Below are positions 20,225-29,176 of a stretch of 64,000 nucleotides of DNA, piece by piece. The notes below the pieces were generated by a model that was not told the origin of the DNA, ran no database searches, and saw nothing but the letters and a program-made list of their open reading frames with translations. Positions within the stretch are counted from its first letter, which is position 1. The number at the start of each line of letters is the position of its first letter. The position numbers and the translations under genes were made by a program. Origin of the DNA: Candidatus Latescibacterota bacterium (lineage in GTDB: Bacteria > Latescibacterota > UBA2968 > GCA-2709665); the NCBI GenBank assembly GCA_963667175.2, contig CAXXXF010000016.1, forward strand, positions 64,001 to 128,000. Direction: 5' to 3'.

Positions 20225-20417
20225 TGTCCTGTCCCAAAAATACCTCACCATTCTTCCGCCTGCCTGCGCAGTGCCCTGCGCTGCAGGCAGGCCGATTCAT
20301 CCCGTCTCGCAGCGTTCCCTTCGCTCGCCGACCTGGCCAGGTCGCCTGCGCGCTGGCGCCTTGCGAGCCGGGCGACTCGTCGGCCGAATTCAGGCAACTT
20401 ATTTCCGGGACAGAACA
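20225..20417 (+). mobile_element. MITE-like element, full-length copy (193 bp)
   Basis: TIRs TGTCCTGTCCCAAAAATA / TATTTCCGGGACAGAACA; near-identical to 54150-54342 (inverted); flanks CTAG and CTCG; internal GCCTGCCTGC...GCAGGCAGGC hairpin; no transposase. Confidence 0.82.
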
Positions 20418-20420
20418 CTC

Positions 20421-22676
20421 GTGTCCAATCCTCGTTTCGAAAGACTGTCGCCCGTCCCCGGCCTCGGGCTGGAGGGCTACGCCGACGAGATGACGCTCCC
20501 GGCCGGTGCGGAAATCGCGTTCAAGCTGGGCGGACCGCCCGGCGAGGTGAAGGTGAACCTCGCGAGGCTGATCCACGGAGACCCCGATTCCCGCGGACCG
20601 GGTTACAGGGAAGAACGTGTCTCGTGGGGACAGCCCGATCGGGTTGCGGTTGAGGAACGGACAACGGATTACGGATCGTTTGTCGAGATTCCACACGCCG
20701 CAACCCTGAATCCTGGAGGCGCGTTTACCCTGGCGCTCTGGTTTCTTCCGACGCTGGGCGGCGGGGGATGGCGCGCCCTTATGGTGAAGTGGGCGCGTGA
20801 AAACCTGTGCTACGGGATTTTCTTCGCCGGCGAGCGCTTTCTGACTGCCGCCGTGTCTCAGGACGGCAGGAAGACGCATTGGGCAACGGCCAGAGAGAAC
20901 ATCCACGTCGGCAACTGGCAGTTCGCGGCGTTCTCGTACCGTCCGGAACCGGGTGAAATCCGTCTGTATCAGCTGATCGGGGATACCGCGGGTGTGGTCG
21001 AAACCCGTTCGTCTTCCGATGCGCTGAGTTGCATATCGAAAAAAACCGGAAAAGGACCGGTGTTCGCGGGAAACGCGCCGCTGGTGTTCGGCGCCTGCCC
21101 GGAACCGGACCGGGAAGGCAGCCACTGGGCGCATTTTACGGGGAAGATCGGACACCCGGTGCTTTTTGGAACCGCTCTGGATCGGGAGGCGATCCATGCC
21201 CTCGCGGGGGGACGGGACCCCGCATCCCTCGGCCCGCTGCTGGGTTGCTGGCATCTGGGCGAGGAGGTGACCGGCGCTCGCGTCGTCGATCTTTCCGGAA
21301 ACGAGAATCACGGGCGCGCCGTAAATGCGCCGGGGCGCGCGGTTACGGGCCCGTTCTGGCGGGGAATGCCGTCCCGGCTCTATACCGATCGGCCCGGCGA
21401 TTACAACGCGATCTATCTGCACGAAGACGACCTGGAAGACGCCGGCTGGCCGACTTCCTTCGTGGCCAAAGTTCCCGCTGACGCCAGGTCAGGCATCTAT
21501 GCCCTCCGCGCCGATACGGATGCGGACGCACTCTTCGTACCGTTCATCGTGACGTCGAAGAAGCCGCTGTCGGAACTGGCATGCCTGATCCCGACGCTTA
21601 CGTGGCAGGCCTACGGCAGCAACCGCGCGGCGTACAGTTATACGGAAGACGGCGTGCTGGACCGCACCCTGTGCACCTACGACGTTCACAGCGACGGGTC
21701 GATGGTAACCTATTATTCGCGCCTGCAGCCCACGCGGGGCTGGAACCCCTGTGCGGGCTTCCAGAACTGGGGCGCGCACAATATCACCGCGAATCTTTAC
21801 CTGATTGACTGGCTGGAAGCGCTTGACTTCGAATACGACGTCTTTGCGGACGAAGACCTGCATCGCGGCGGTGTCGGGCTCCTCTCGAAATATCGATGTG
21901 TAATTCTGGGCAGCCACCCCGAATACCACACTGAAACCATGGTGGACAGCCTGGCCGCGTACGTGCGAGACGGGGGCCGCCTCGTCTATCTGAGCGGCAA
22001 TGGCCTGTACTGGGTGATGTCCATCGACCCCCGCCGTCCGCACCTGATCGAACTTCGCCGGGGAGGAGAAGGCGATTACGGCCCCACGTACGATCCCCCA
22101 CCGGGGGAATCCCAGCACAGCACGACGCTCGAACTGGGGGGCCTGTGGGCAAGGCGCGGGCGTCCGCCTCGCAGGACGGTCGGCGTGGAACATGCGTCCA
22201 ACGCCTGGATCGAAGCCGGAGAAAAAAGGGGTTTTCGTCGCCTGCCGTCGAGCCGAGACGCCAGGTACGCGTGGATTTTCAACGGCGTCGGAGAAGATGA
22301 GGCCATCGGAGACTTCGGCCTGAATCTGGGCAGCGCGGCCGGATTCGAAATGGATGCCGTGCAGGCCTGGGCATGGGACGGGTCCACGCCCGAACCCGTC
22401 GTACTCGCCCGGGCGGCGCATCCCGGATTCACCCCCGCCCGTCGCACGCACGTCCCGCCGACGGCGGACCTGGCCATTATGGTGTATCCGGGGGGAGGCG
22501 CGGTCTTTTCGGCGGGCTCCGTAACCTGGACCGGAAGTCTCTCCCACAATGATTATCTGAACAATGTCTCCGTCATCACCCGAAACGTGATTCGCAGGTT
22601 TCTGGACGCGTCTGCCGGTGGCACCGTGCTTGGAGGCGCCGTCGAAACGTCACCGCCGGGCGCATCCTCGACATGA
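20421..22676 (+). CDS. N,N-dimethylformamidase large-subunit family protein with LamG-like domain
   Basis: GYAD, ARLIHGD, LamG-like FTLALW, YNAIYLHEDDLEDAGW, SGIYAL, TWQAYG, TYDVHSDGS, GSHPEY, YLSGNG.YW, VFSAGSVTW. The likely start is GTG 20421; the longer track ORF reads through the MITE. Confidence 0.85.
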   Translation: MSNPRFERLSPVPGLGLEGYADEMTLPAGAEIAFKLGGPPGEVKVNLARLIHGDPDSRGPGYREERVSWGQPDRVAVEERTTDYGSFVEIPHAATLNPGGAFTLALWFLPTLGGGGWRALMVKWARENLCYGIFFAGERFLTAAVSQDGRKTHWATARENIHVGNWQFAAFSYRPEPGEIRLYQLIGDTAGVVETRSSSDALSCISKKTGKGPVFAGNAPLVFGACPEPDREGSHWAHFTGKIGHPVLFGTALDREAIHALAGGRDPASLGPLLGCWHLGEEVTGARVVDLSGNENHGRAVNAPGRAVTGPFWRGMPSRLYTDRPGDYNAIYLHEDDLEDAGWPTSFVAKVPADARSGIYALRADTDADALFVPFIVTSKKPLSELACLIPTLTWQAYGSNRAAYSYTEDGVLDRTLCTYDVHSDGSMVTYYSRLQPTRGWNPCAGFQNWGAHNITANLYLIDWLEALDFEYDVFADEDLHRGGVGLLSKYRCVILGSHPEYHTETMVDSLAAYVRDGGRLVYLSGNGLYWVMSIDPRRPHLIELRRGGEGDYGPTYDPPPGESQHSTTLELGGLWARRGRPPRRTVGVEHASNAWIEAGEKRGFRRLPSSRDARYAWIFNGVGEDEAIGDFGLNLGSAAGFEMDAVQAWAWDGSTPEPVVLARAAHPGFTPARRTHVPPTADLAIMVYPGGGAVFSAGSVTWTGSLSHNDYLNNVSVITRNVIRRFLDASAGGTVLGGAVETSPPGASST

Positions 22677-22707
22677 ATGGTGGCCCAACACCGGAGAGCC
22701 CCATCCG

Positions 22708-23775
22708 ATGAACGCCGGACACTTGGAAAACCCCCGGAACCTGATGCAGCGCCTCGACGAAGACGCAGTCATCTGCGCCGAGGGATATCTGTTTGAACTC
22801 GAGCGTCGAGGGTATCTGCAGGCGGGCCCTTTCGTGCCGGAAGTCGTGCTGGAGCATCCCGAGGTCGTCGCCGGGTTGCATCGGGAGTTCTGGCGCGCGG
22901 GTTCGGACGTGATCGAGGCGTTTACGTATTACGGCCACCGCGAAAAGCTGCGCCTTATCGGCAAGGAGCACCTTCTGGAACCCCTGCAGAAGCGCGCGCT
23001 TGCGATCGCGAAATCGGTCGCCGCCTCGGTCCAGGGAGAACGTCCGCTGGTTGCCGGCAACATCTGCAATACCAACGTCTGGGATCCGGGCGATCGCGTG
23101 ACCGACGCTCGGGTAACGGAGATGTTCGACGAACAGGTGGCCTGGGCGGTCGAAGCCGGCGTCGATTTCATGATAGCCGAGACTTTCTCCTTTTTCGGCG
23201 AGGCCGCCCTGGCGTTGGCAGCCATAAAACGCGCCGGAATGTCGGCGGTCGTGACGTTTGCCCACCATCGGGAGAAAGGGCTGCGGGACGGCTTTCTGCT
23301 TGATGAGGCCGCAAAACGTCTGGAACAGGCCGGCGCCGACGTGGTGGGAGTAAACTGCACCAGAGGGCCAGAGACGATGCTGCCCGACGTGGAACGCATT
23401 CGGCGAGCGGTATCCTGCCACGTGGCGGCGTTGCCGGTGCCGTATCGAACGACTGGGGAGCAGCCCACGTTTCAGTCGCTTCGGGAGGAGGGCGCCGAAC
23501 CGCCACCCGAGGGACGTTCGTTTCCGACGGCTTTGGATCCCTTTACCTGCCACAGGTACGAAATGGCCGCGTTTGCGCGTCGGGCCTTCGATATGGGTGT
23601 CCGGTACCTGGGGGTCTGCTGCGGCTCCGGACCCCATCACGTCCGATCCATCGCCGAAGAACTGGGGCGAACCCCGCCGGCCAGCCGGTACTCGCCCGAT
23701 ATGTCCAGGCACTACGCGCTGGGGAGCGACTCCAGCCTCAAGAGCCACAATCGGGCGTTTGTCGAGAAGCTTTGA
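22708..23775 (+). CDS. Betaine-homocysteine S-methyltransferase-like protein
   Basis: AEGYLFELERRGYLQAGPFVPEVVLEHPE, AFTYY, IAETF, GVNC, GVCCG: the BHMT branch of the homocysteine methyltransferase family. Confidence 0.88.
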   Translation: MNAGHLENPRNLMQRLDEDAVICAEGYLFELERRGYLQAGPFVPEVVLEHPEVVAGLHREFWRAGSDVIEAFTYYGHREKLRLIGKEHLLEPLQKRALAIAKSVAASVQGERPLVAGNICNTNVWDPGDRVTDARVTEMFDEQVAWAVEAGVDFMIAETFSFFGEAALALAAIKRAGMSAVVTFAHHREKGLRDGFLLDEAAKRLEQAGADVVGVNCTRGPETMLPDVERIRRAVSCHVAALPVPYRTTGEQPTFQSLREEGAEPPPEGRSFPTALDPFTCHRYEMAAFARRAFDMGVRYLGVCCGSGPHHVRSIAEELGRTPPASRYSPDMSRHYALGSDSSLKSHNRAFVEKL

Positions 23776-23851
23776 GGCATCCCGCGGCCGCGCCGTATCC
23801 TCAATCGTACGTTCGACCGGAAGTCGCCGGCGCCACGGAGCGTTCAAGTCG

Positions 23852-25456
23852 ATGCGATCCTGTGCGGAGGCCATCGCCGAATCCCTGTACGAAGAAAAGG
23901 TCCGGTACGTTTTCGGTCATCCCGGCGGGGAGGTCGTGGACCTGATCGACGCGCTGGAAAATACCGGTATCCGGTTCGTACTGACGGGACACGAGGCCGC
24001 GGCCGCCTTCATGGCCAGCGCGATCGGACGGCTCACCGGGACGCCCGGCGTGTGCCTGGCGACGCTTGGACCGGGCGCATGCAATCTGGTGCTGGGCGTC
24101 GGCGCCGCCTATCTCGACCGGGACCCGATGCTTGCCATTTCCGCGCGTAGCGCGGCATCACGGGCCGGAGTCAGCGAGAAACAGAATCTGTCTCTCCATG
24201 AAGTGTTCGATCCCGTCTGCAAATGGTCCGTTGCCCTTGAAAAGAGCGGCGTCGAGACCACCGTGCGCTCCGCTATGGGGCATGCAGCGGCGCCGCCGGC
24301 CGGCCCGGTGTACCTCACGATCCCCAATGACGACGCGGTGGCCTACGCGTCGCCGGGCAGGGGGGCGCGGACGCCAGACCTCCCGGATTGCGCGTGCAAC
24401 GGAGATCTCGATACAATCGCAAGGGCGCTGAATCGGGCAAATCGCCCCGTCGGCGTTGTCGGGGTCGCGTTGAACGTCAGGCAGGATTCAGCCGCAGTGC
24501 GTCGGTTTTTCGCAACGTCACGCATACCGTACGTGGTCCTGCCGCAGGCCAAGGGCGTCGCGGACGAATTCGGCGCGGGATATCTTGGCACGGTGGCGTC
24601 GGCCTCGGGAGACGCCGCCCTTGTAGAGCTGATCCGGAAGAGCGATTGCCTGCTTGGCGTGGGCTTCGACCCCGTCGAGTCGGCCCAGGAATGGCATCTG
24701 CGCCAACCCGTCTACTCCGTGGCCAATGCCTCGATCGCCTTTGGCGGCTTCGCGCCGGTGTCCGAGTGCGTGGGCGACGTCACGTCCCTGCTCACTCGGC
24801 TGCTGGAAGGGGTCGACGGGCGACCGTCCTGGACGGCGGACGAAATCCACGAATCGCAGAACGCCGTCGCGGATGCGATCAGTCCCGGCACGGGCGCTAC
24901 ACCCAGGGGCGCTTCCCCTTACCATCTGCTGCGTGAACTGTACGAGGCGATGCCCGGGGAGACGATTCTGTCGGTGGACGTCGGCGCCCACAAGATGCTG
25001 ATTTCGCAGGTGTGGCGGGCGCGTTCCCCAGGGACGTTTCTAACGTCAAACGGCCTGTCCGCGATGGGCTACGGGCTGCCGTCGGCACTGGCGGCAGCGC
25101 TGATCCGGCCGGGCCGGCCGGTGGCGGGCGTGTTTGGCGACGCCGGATTCGCGATGATGGTGCAGGAGTTGGAAACGGCGCGCAGGCTGGGCGTGCGCCC
25201 GTTACTGGTGGTGCTGTGCGACCGGTCTCTGGCCATCGTAAAGGTCGCCCAGGCCATGCGCCGCATTCCGTTCCGGGGCGTGGATTTCCAACCGGTCGAC
25301 TGGGCGAAGGTCGCCGACGGCTTCGGCGCCAGGGGCGTGAACGTGACGCGTCCGGAGGAAATGCGAAGGGTGGGGGAGGAGTGGCTGGCAAAACCGGAAC
25401 TGACGGTTGTGGCCGCCCGCGTGGACGAGGAATTATACACCGCGATGGAATATTGA
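23852..25456 (+). CDS. Thiamine diphosphate-dependent enzyme (acetolactate synthase-like)
   Basis: VFGHPGG, HEAAAAFMA, ATLGPG, DVGAH, SAMGYGLP, GDAGF (GDG-motif variant). Confidence 0.9.
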   Translation: MRSCAEAIAESLYEEKVRYVFGHPGGEVVDLIDALENTGIRFVLTGHEAAAAFMASAIGRLTGTPGVCLATLGPGACNLVLGVGAAYLDRDPMLAISARSAASRAGVSEKQNLSLHEVFDPVCKWSVALEKSGVETTVRSAMGHAAAPPAGPVYLTIPNDDAVAYASPGRGARTPDLPDCACNGDLDTIARALNRANRPVGVVGVALNVRQDSAAVRRFFATSRIPYVVLPQAKGVADEFGAGYLGTVASASGDAALVELIRKSDCLLGVGFDPVESAQEWHLRQPVYSVANASIAFGGFAPVSECVGDVTSLLTRLLEGVDGRPSWTADEIHESQNAVADAISPGTGATPRGASPYHLLRELYEAMPGETILSVDVGAHKMLISQVWRARSPGTFLTSNGLSAMGYGLPSALAAALIRPGRPVAGVFGDAGFAMMVQELETARRLGVRPLLVVLCDRSLAIVKVAQAMRRIPFRGVDFQPVDWAKVADGFGARGVNVTRPEEMRRVGEEWLAKPELTVVAARVDEELYTAMEY

Positions 25457-25511
25457 CGTCACGAGGCGTTTTCGGCGCCGGACGGACCAGAATGTGAACG
25501 TGAGGCAACCC

Positions 25512-26849
25512 ATGCGTTTACCCGAACACACAACATATCTCATTATAGGCGCAGGTGTGCACGGTCTGAGCATCGGATATCACCTGGCGCGGGAATTGAA
25601 GAGGCGGCGCAGAGGCGGCGGGGCCGAGGTGCTGATTGTAGACAAGACGGGGGTGGCCGCAGGCGCTTCCGGCATCGCCTGCGGCGTGATCCGCAACAAC
25701 TATTTCCAGCCGGCCATGCGCGAGCTGATGGCGCACAGCGTCGATATATGGGAGTCCGATCCGGAAGCGTTCAGTTACCACCCCGTCGGCTACATGCAGA
25801 TCAGCCCCGAGTCCATGCGCGAGGACGTCGCCGGCATCGCGCAACAGCAGCGCGAGATCGGTTACGAATCGGAGTTTATAGAAGGCGGCGCAGACTGTAT
25901 GAAATATATGCGGGGTCTCTTTCACGACTGGCAGGCGAAGGGCGTCACGTCCGTACTTCACGAGAAAAGAGGGGGTTACGCGAACAATCGCGCATCGATG
26001 ACGGGCCTGGCCGAAAAGGCGGAAACCGAGGGCGTCAGGATTCTGGATGGCGTCTCGGTGACCGGATTCCGGTTCGGCGGAGGGGCGATTTCGGCAGTGG
26101 AAACAGATTGCGGCGTGATCCGGGCAGACGAGATCGTCATCGCCGTGGGGCCCTGGACAAAACTGCTCTGGGATATGCTGGATCTGCCCGGGTCGGTGAG
26201 CATCAAGGGCCCGGACGGGGCCCTGCGCCACAATATCCCGATGTGGAGCTACTGGTGTCTGCAGGAAGGCACATTGGGCGTAGACCCCCACTATCTCAAG
26301 ACCGACGACGGAAGGATGCCCCCCGTCATCCATCTGGACACGGACGCGCCGCTTTATTCCGACGTCGACGGTTCGCTGATTACGGACCGCGAGTGGGGCA
26401 TCTACTACAAGCCGGATTTCCACTTCGGGGGAGTACAGGGGGGGGCAATGCCTTACCGGGTTGAGAGACCGGCGGACGAGGTGGCGGTCGATCCCTACGG
26501 TCCGGAATCGCCCGATTTCATCGTCGGCGACCGGTTTGCGCATCAGTGGTGTTCCGCATTGGCATTCTGCCACAAACGGTTTGAAGGAAAGTCCACACTC
26601 TTCAAGAAAGAACCATCCGGCGGCATCGGCGCGTTCACTCCCGACAGTTTTCCGGTGTTCGACCGGTTTCACGGGAACGGCTATATTATCGCGGATTCCA
26701 ACCACGGGTACAAGATGATCGGCGTGGGCAGGCTCGTCGCTGAGGAGCTCATGGGCGTACGATCCCGTCTCCTGGAGCCGTTCCGCTTTTCTCGCTATGC
26801 CGAGGGCAGGCTGCATCCGGTTTCCAACAGCCCGTTTCCCTGGAGCTGA
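25512..26849 (+). CDS. mgdA: FAD-dependent oxidoreductase, N-methylglutamate dehydrogenase subunit A-like (sarcosine oxidase beta family)
   Basis: IIGAGVHGLS, GASGIACGVIRNNYFQPAMRELMAHSV, FTPDSFP, DSNHGYKMIGVG, C-terminal SNSPFPWS, as I recall for MgdA. No mgdBCD adjacent. Confidence 0.72.
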   Translation: MRLPEHTTYLIIGAGVHGLSIGYHLARELKRRRRGGGAEVLIVDKTGVAAGASGIACGVIRNNYFQPAMRELMAHSVDIWESDPEAFSYHPVGYMQISPESMREDVAGIAQQQREIGYESEFIEGGADCMKYMRGLFHDWQAKGVTSVLHEKRGGYANNRASMTGLAEKAETEGVRILDGVSVTGFRFGGGAISAVETDCGVIRADEIVIAVGPWTKLLWDMLDLPGSVSIKGPDGALRHNIPMWSYWCLQEGTLGVDPHYLKTDDGRMPPVIHLDTDAPLYSDVDGSLITDREWGIYYKPDFHFGGVQGGAMPYRVERPADEVAVDPYGPESPDFIVGDRFAHQWCSALAFCHKRFEGKSTLFKKEPSGGIGAFTPDSFPVFDRFHGNGYIIADSNHGYKMIGVGRLVAEELMGVRSRLLEPFRFSRYAEGRLHPVSNSPFPWS

Positions 26850-26919
26850 CCACCGACCGCGTGGACGCCGGAGTGACGTCTAGAGACAGACGCCCGGAAC
26901 GCAGACGGAGAATGCGCCC

Positions 26920-28167
26920 ATGTTGCAACCCGACGTCCGGCGGCAGATGCGGGTCCGGCATACGGACTGGGGCGACGCAGTGCGTATCGACCTCAACCAA
27001 CTCGGCGCGCGGCTGCCCGCGCAGGGGGCGCCCGGCGCAACATGGTCGGAAGCAACCGGCGAGTCGTTGCGTGACGAATGGGCCGAACGTCAGAACGAGG
27101 CGCTTTGCGCCGCGATGGCGGACGTCGCCGCCGGTTCCGGTGGGAGCTTCGATTCGTTCGCTGAGTGGACGGTCCTGCACAACCGGCGGTACGACGGCGC
27201 GCATATGCGCGAATTGCGGCGGAAGCGGTTCCGCCAGGGCTACCGTGCCGCGATCACCACGCTCGGCTGGGCGCATCCCGAGACCAGCCGTTCCACATGC
27301 ATTCAGGCCGTTGCATATGTTCCGAAAACCGGTGCTGGTTTCAAACAGTCCACGTGGCGGCCCGAGTCGCTTTACGATACCGAATTCATGGCGCTCGCGC
27401 CCGCCGTTGTGACGGATTTCGGCGGAGGCCGACAGATCCATCTGTCGGGCGTTGTCGCGTGGGACGAGCGGATTACTCCGCTCTTCGAAGGGCAGCCCGA
27501 ACGTCAGATCTCCCACGTGTTCGACCTCATCCAGGACGTTTTCAACGAAGGCGGCGGATCGCTGGGCGACGTTGTGCGACTGCGTCCGTTCGCCCACTCT
27601 TCGGAGATCGCGCGGCTCATCCGGGCCGAAGTCAGCCGCCGCTGGGCGGGCGGTCCGAAGCCCGTCGTGATGATGTCGGACAGCCGGCATTTTGGCGACC
27701 CGCCGAGCCTGTACGCGGAAATACAGGTCCTGGGCGTGACGTCGGACGGCCACGGCAGTGTTCGCCATGGGGAAGCGGAACTCCCCCTCGGGACAATCGA
27801 TGAAAGCGCAACCCGCATCCGCTGCAGCCGGGCGCGCGAATGGGAAATGGTCCACGTGGGTGAACTGCGGGCGCGACCGGAGGCAGGCTGGAAGTGGGAG
27901 GCCGAGCAGGTCGCCGGGCAGATCAGCGCGGTCCTCGAACGGATGTCACTCACGCCGGACGACGTCTGTCTGACACTTGCCTATGTGAGTTCACCCGAAG
28001 CCGCGGCGGCGTTCCCGAAAATGGTGGCCGGCGCGGTACCGATAGAAACGGTGCACGTGCTCCCGTGTCCTGTAATGCCCGAATTGGACGGTCGCTGCAT
28101 CAAGGTGGAGATGACGGCCCGAAGACGTCCGGATCCGGCCTCCAGGTCGCAGGCCGGGCGCCCCTGA
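26920..28167 (+). CDS. Multi-domain Rid (YjgF/YER057c/UK114)-like protein
   Basis: Central Rid-like domain (IHLSGVVA...QISHVFDLIQDVF..GGGSLGDVVRLR...AEIQ) and a second degenerate copy ending CIKVEMTA. Confidence 0.6.
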   Translation: MLQPDVRRQMRVRHTDWGDAVRIDLNQLGARLPAQGAPGATWSEATGESLRDEWAERQNEALCAAMADVAAGSGGSFDSFAEWTVLHNRRYDGAHMRELRRKRFRQGYRAAITTLGWAHPETSRSTCIQAVAYVPKTGAGFKQSTWRPESLYDTEFMALAPAVVTDFGGGRQIHLSGVVAWDERITPLFEGQPERQISHVFDLIQDVFNEGGGSLGDVVRLRPFAHSSEIARLIRAEVSRRWAGGPKPVVMMSDSRHFGDPPSLYAEIQVLGVTSDGHGSVRHGEAELPLGTIDESATRIRCSRAREWEMVHVGELRARPEAGWKWEAEQVAGQISAVLERMSLTPDDVCLTLAYVSSPEAAAAFPKMVAGAVPIETVHVLPCPVMPELDGRCIKVEMTARRRPDPASRSQAGRP

Positions 28168-28267
28168 CGGGTGGTCCCTGAAGGATCGCACGGCGCATGT
28201 TACCCACCGGCCCTCGCGGGAACGATCCTTACCCCAGAATTGTCCAATGCATAGAGCGTAGTTTTCC

Positions 28268-29173
28268 ATGATGGGGCTGGAAATGCGTATATTGGCAACG
28301 GGATTGACAAAAGTCTATCCGAAGGGGACCGTGCCCGCGCTGGACAACGTCGACCTGGAGATCGGACGGGGAACGTTCGGGCTGCTTGGCCCGAACGGCG
28401 CCGGAAAGACCACGCTGATCAAGGTTCTTTCAACGCAGATGGCGCCAACGGCCGGGCACGTCAGAATCGGCGCCTGGGATTTGCAGCGCAACCGCTCCGA
28501 AGTGCGGCGGCGGCTGGGCTACCTTCCCCAGCACTTCGGCGCATATCCGCAACTGACGGCGTGGGAGTTTCTGGACTATATGGACCGGCTGGCGGCCGGA
28601 CGCCGTCGGATCGGGCGGAGGGCGCGAGTGCGCGATGCGCTCGAAAACGTGGGGCTCTACGACGCGCGGGACCGGCGGACCGGCGCCTTTTCCGGCGGAA
28701 TGATGCGGCGACTCGGGATTGCTCAGGCCATTGTCGGCGATCCGGAAATCCTGATTGTGGACGAGCCCACCGTGGGGCTCGATCCGGAAGAACGCATCCG
28801 TTTTCGAGGGATTCTCGCTCGGCTGAGTCGGGACAGGACAATCCTGATTTCCACCCATATCGTAGGCGATATTTCGAGCACCTGCGATGACCTGGCGGTG
28901 CTGAATGAAGGGCGGATCGTCTACAGGGGGTCGCCCGATGCCCTGGTCGCTCGCGCGAATGACAAGACCTGGCGGGTACAGGCCGACGACGCGGAGTTCG
29001 AGACGATATCCCGGCGGTTTCTGGTCGTGACGGTCGCCGTGGATGGCGGACGAATGGACCTCCGGTTCGTGGGCGACGGCCGGCCGCCGGCCCACGCCGA
29101 ACCGGTACCGCCAAACCTCGAAGACGCATACGTGTATTATATGGGCCGGGAGAATCAGGAAAGGGCCGCGTAG
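28268..29173 (+). CDS. ABC transporter ATP-binding protein (ABC-2/DrrA-like)
   Basis: Walker A GPNGAGKT, LPQHFG, FSGGM, LIVDEPTVGLDP, ISTH, C-terminal PNLEDAY; start may be 28283. Confidence 0.95.
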   Translation: MMGLEMRILATGLTKVYPKGTVPALDNVDLEIGRGTFGLLGPNGAGKTTLIKVLSTQMAPTAGHVRIGAWDLQRNRSEVRRRLGYLPQHFGAYPQLTAWEFLDYMDRLAAGRRRIGRRARVRDALENVGLYDARDRRTGAFSGGMMRRLGIAQAIVGDPEILIVDEPTVGLDPEERIRFRGILARLSRDRTILISTHIVGDISSTCDDLAVLNEGRIVYRGSPDALVARANDKTWRVQADDAEFETISRRFLVVTVAVDGGRMDLRFVGDGRPPAHAEPVPPNLEDAYVYYMGRENQERAA

Positions 29174-29176
29174 GGC

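Noticed and set aside
20130-20420. N-terminal extension of the DMFase-like ORF, and recurring peptides such as KNTSPFFRLPAQCPALQAGRFI in several track ORFs
   Set aside because: These are translations of the MITE copies, not conserved protein domains.
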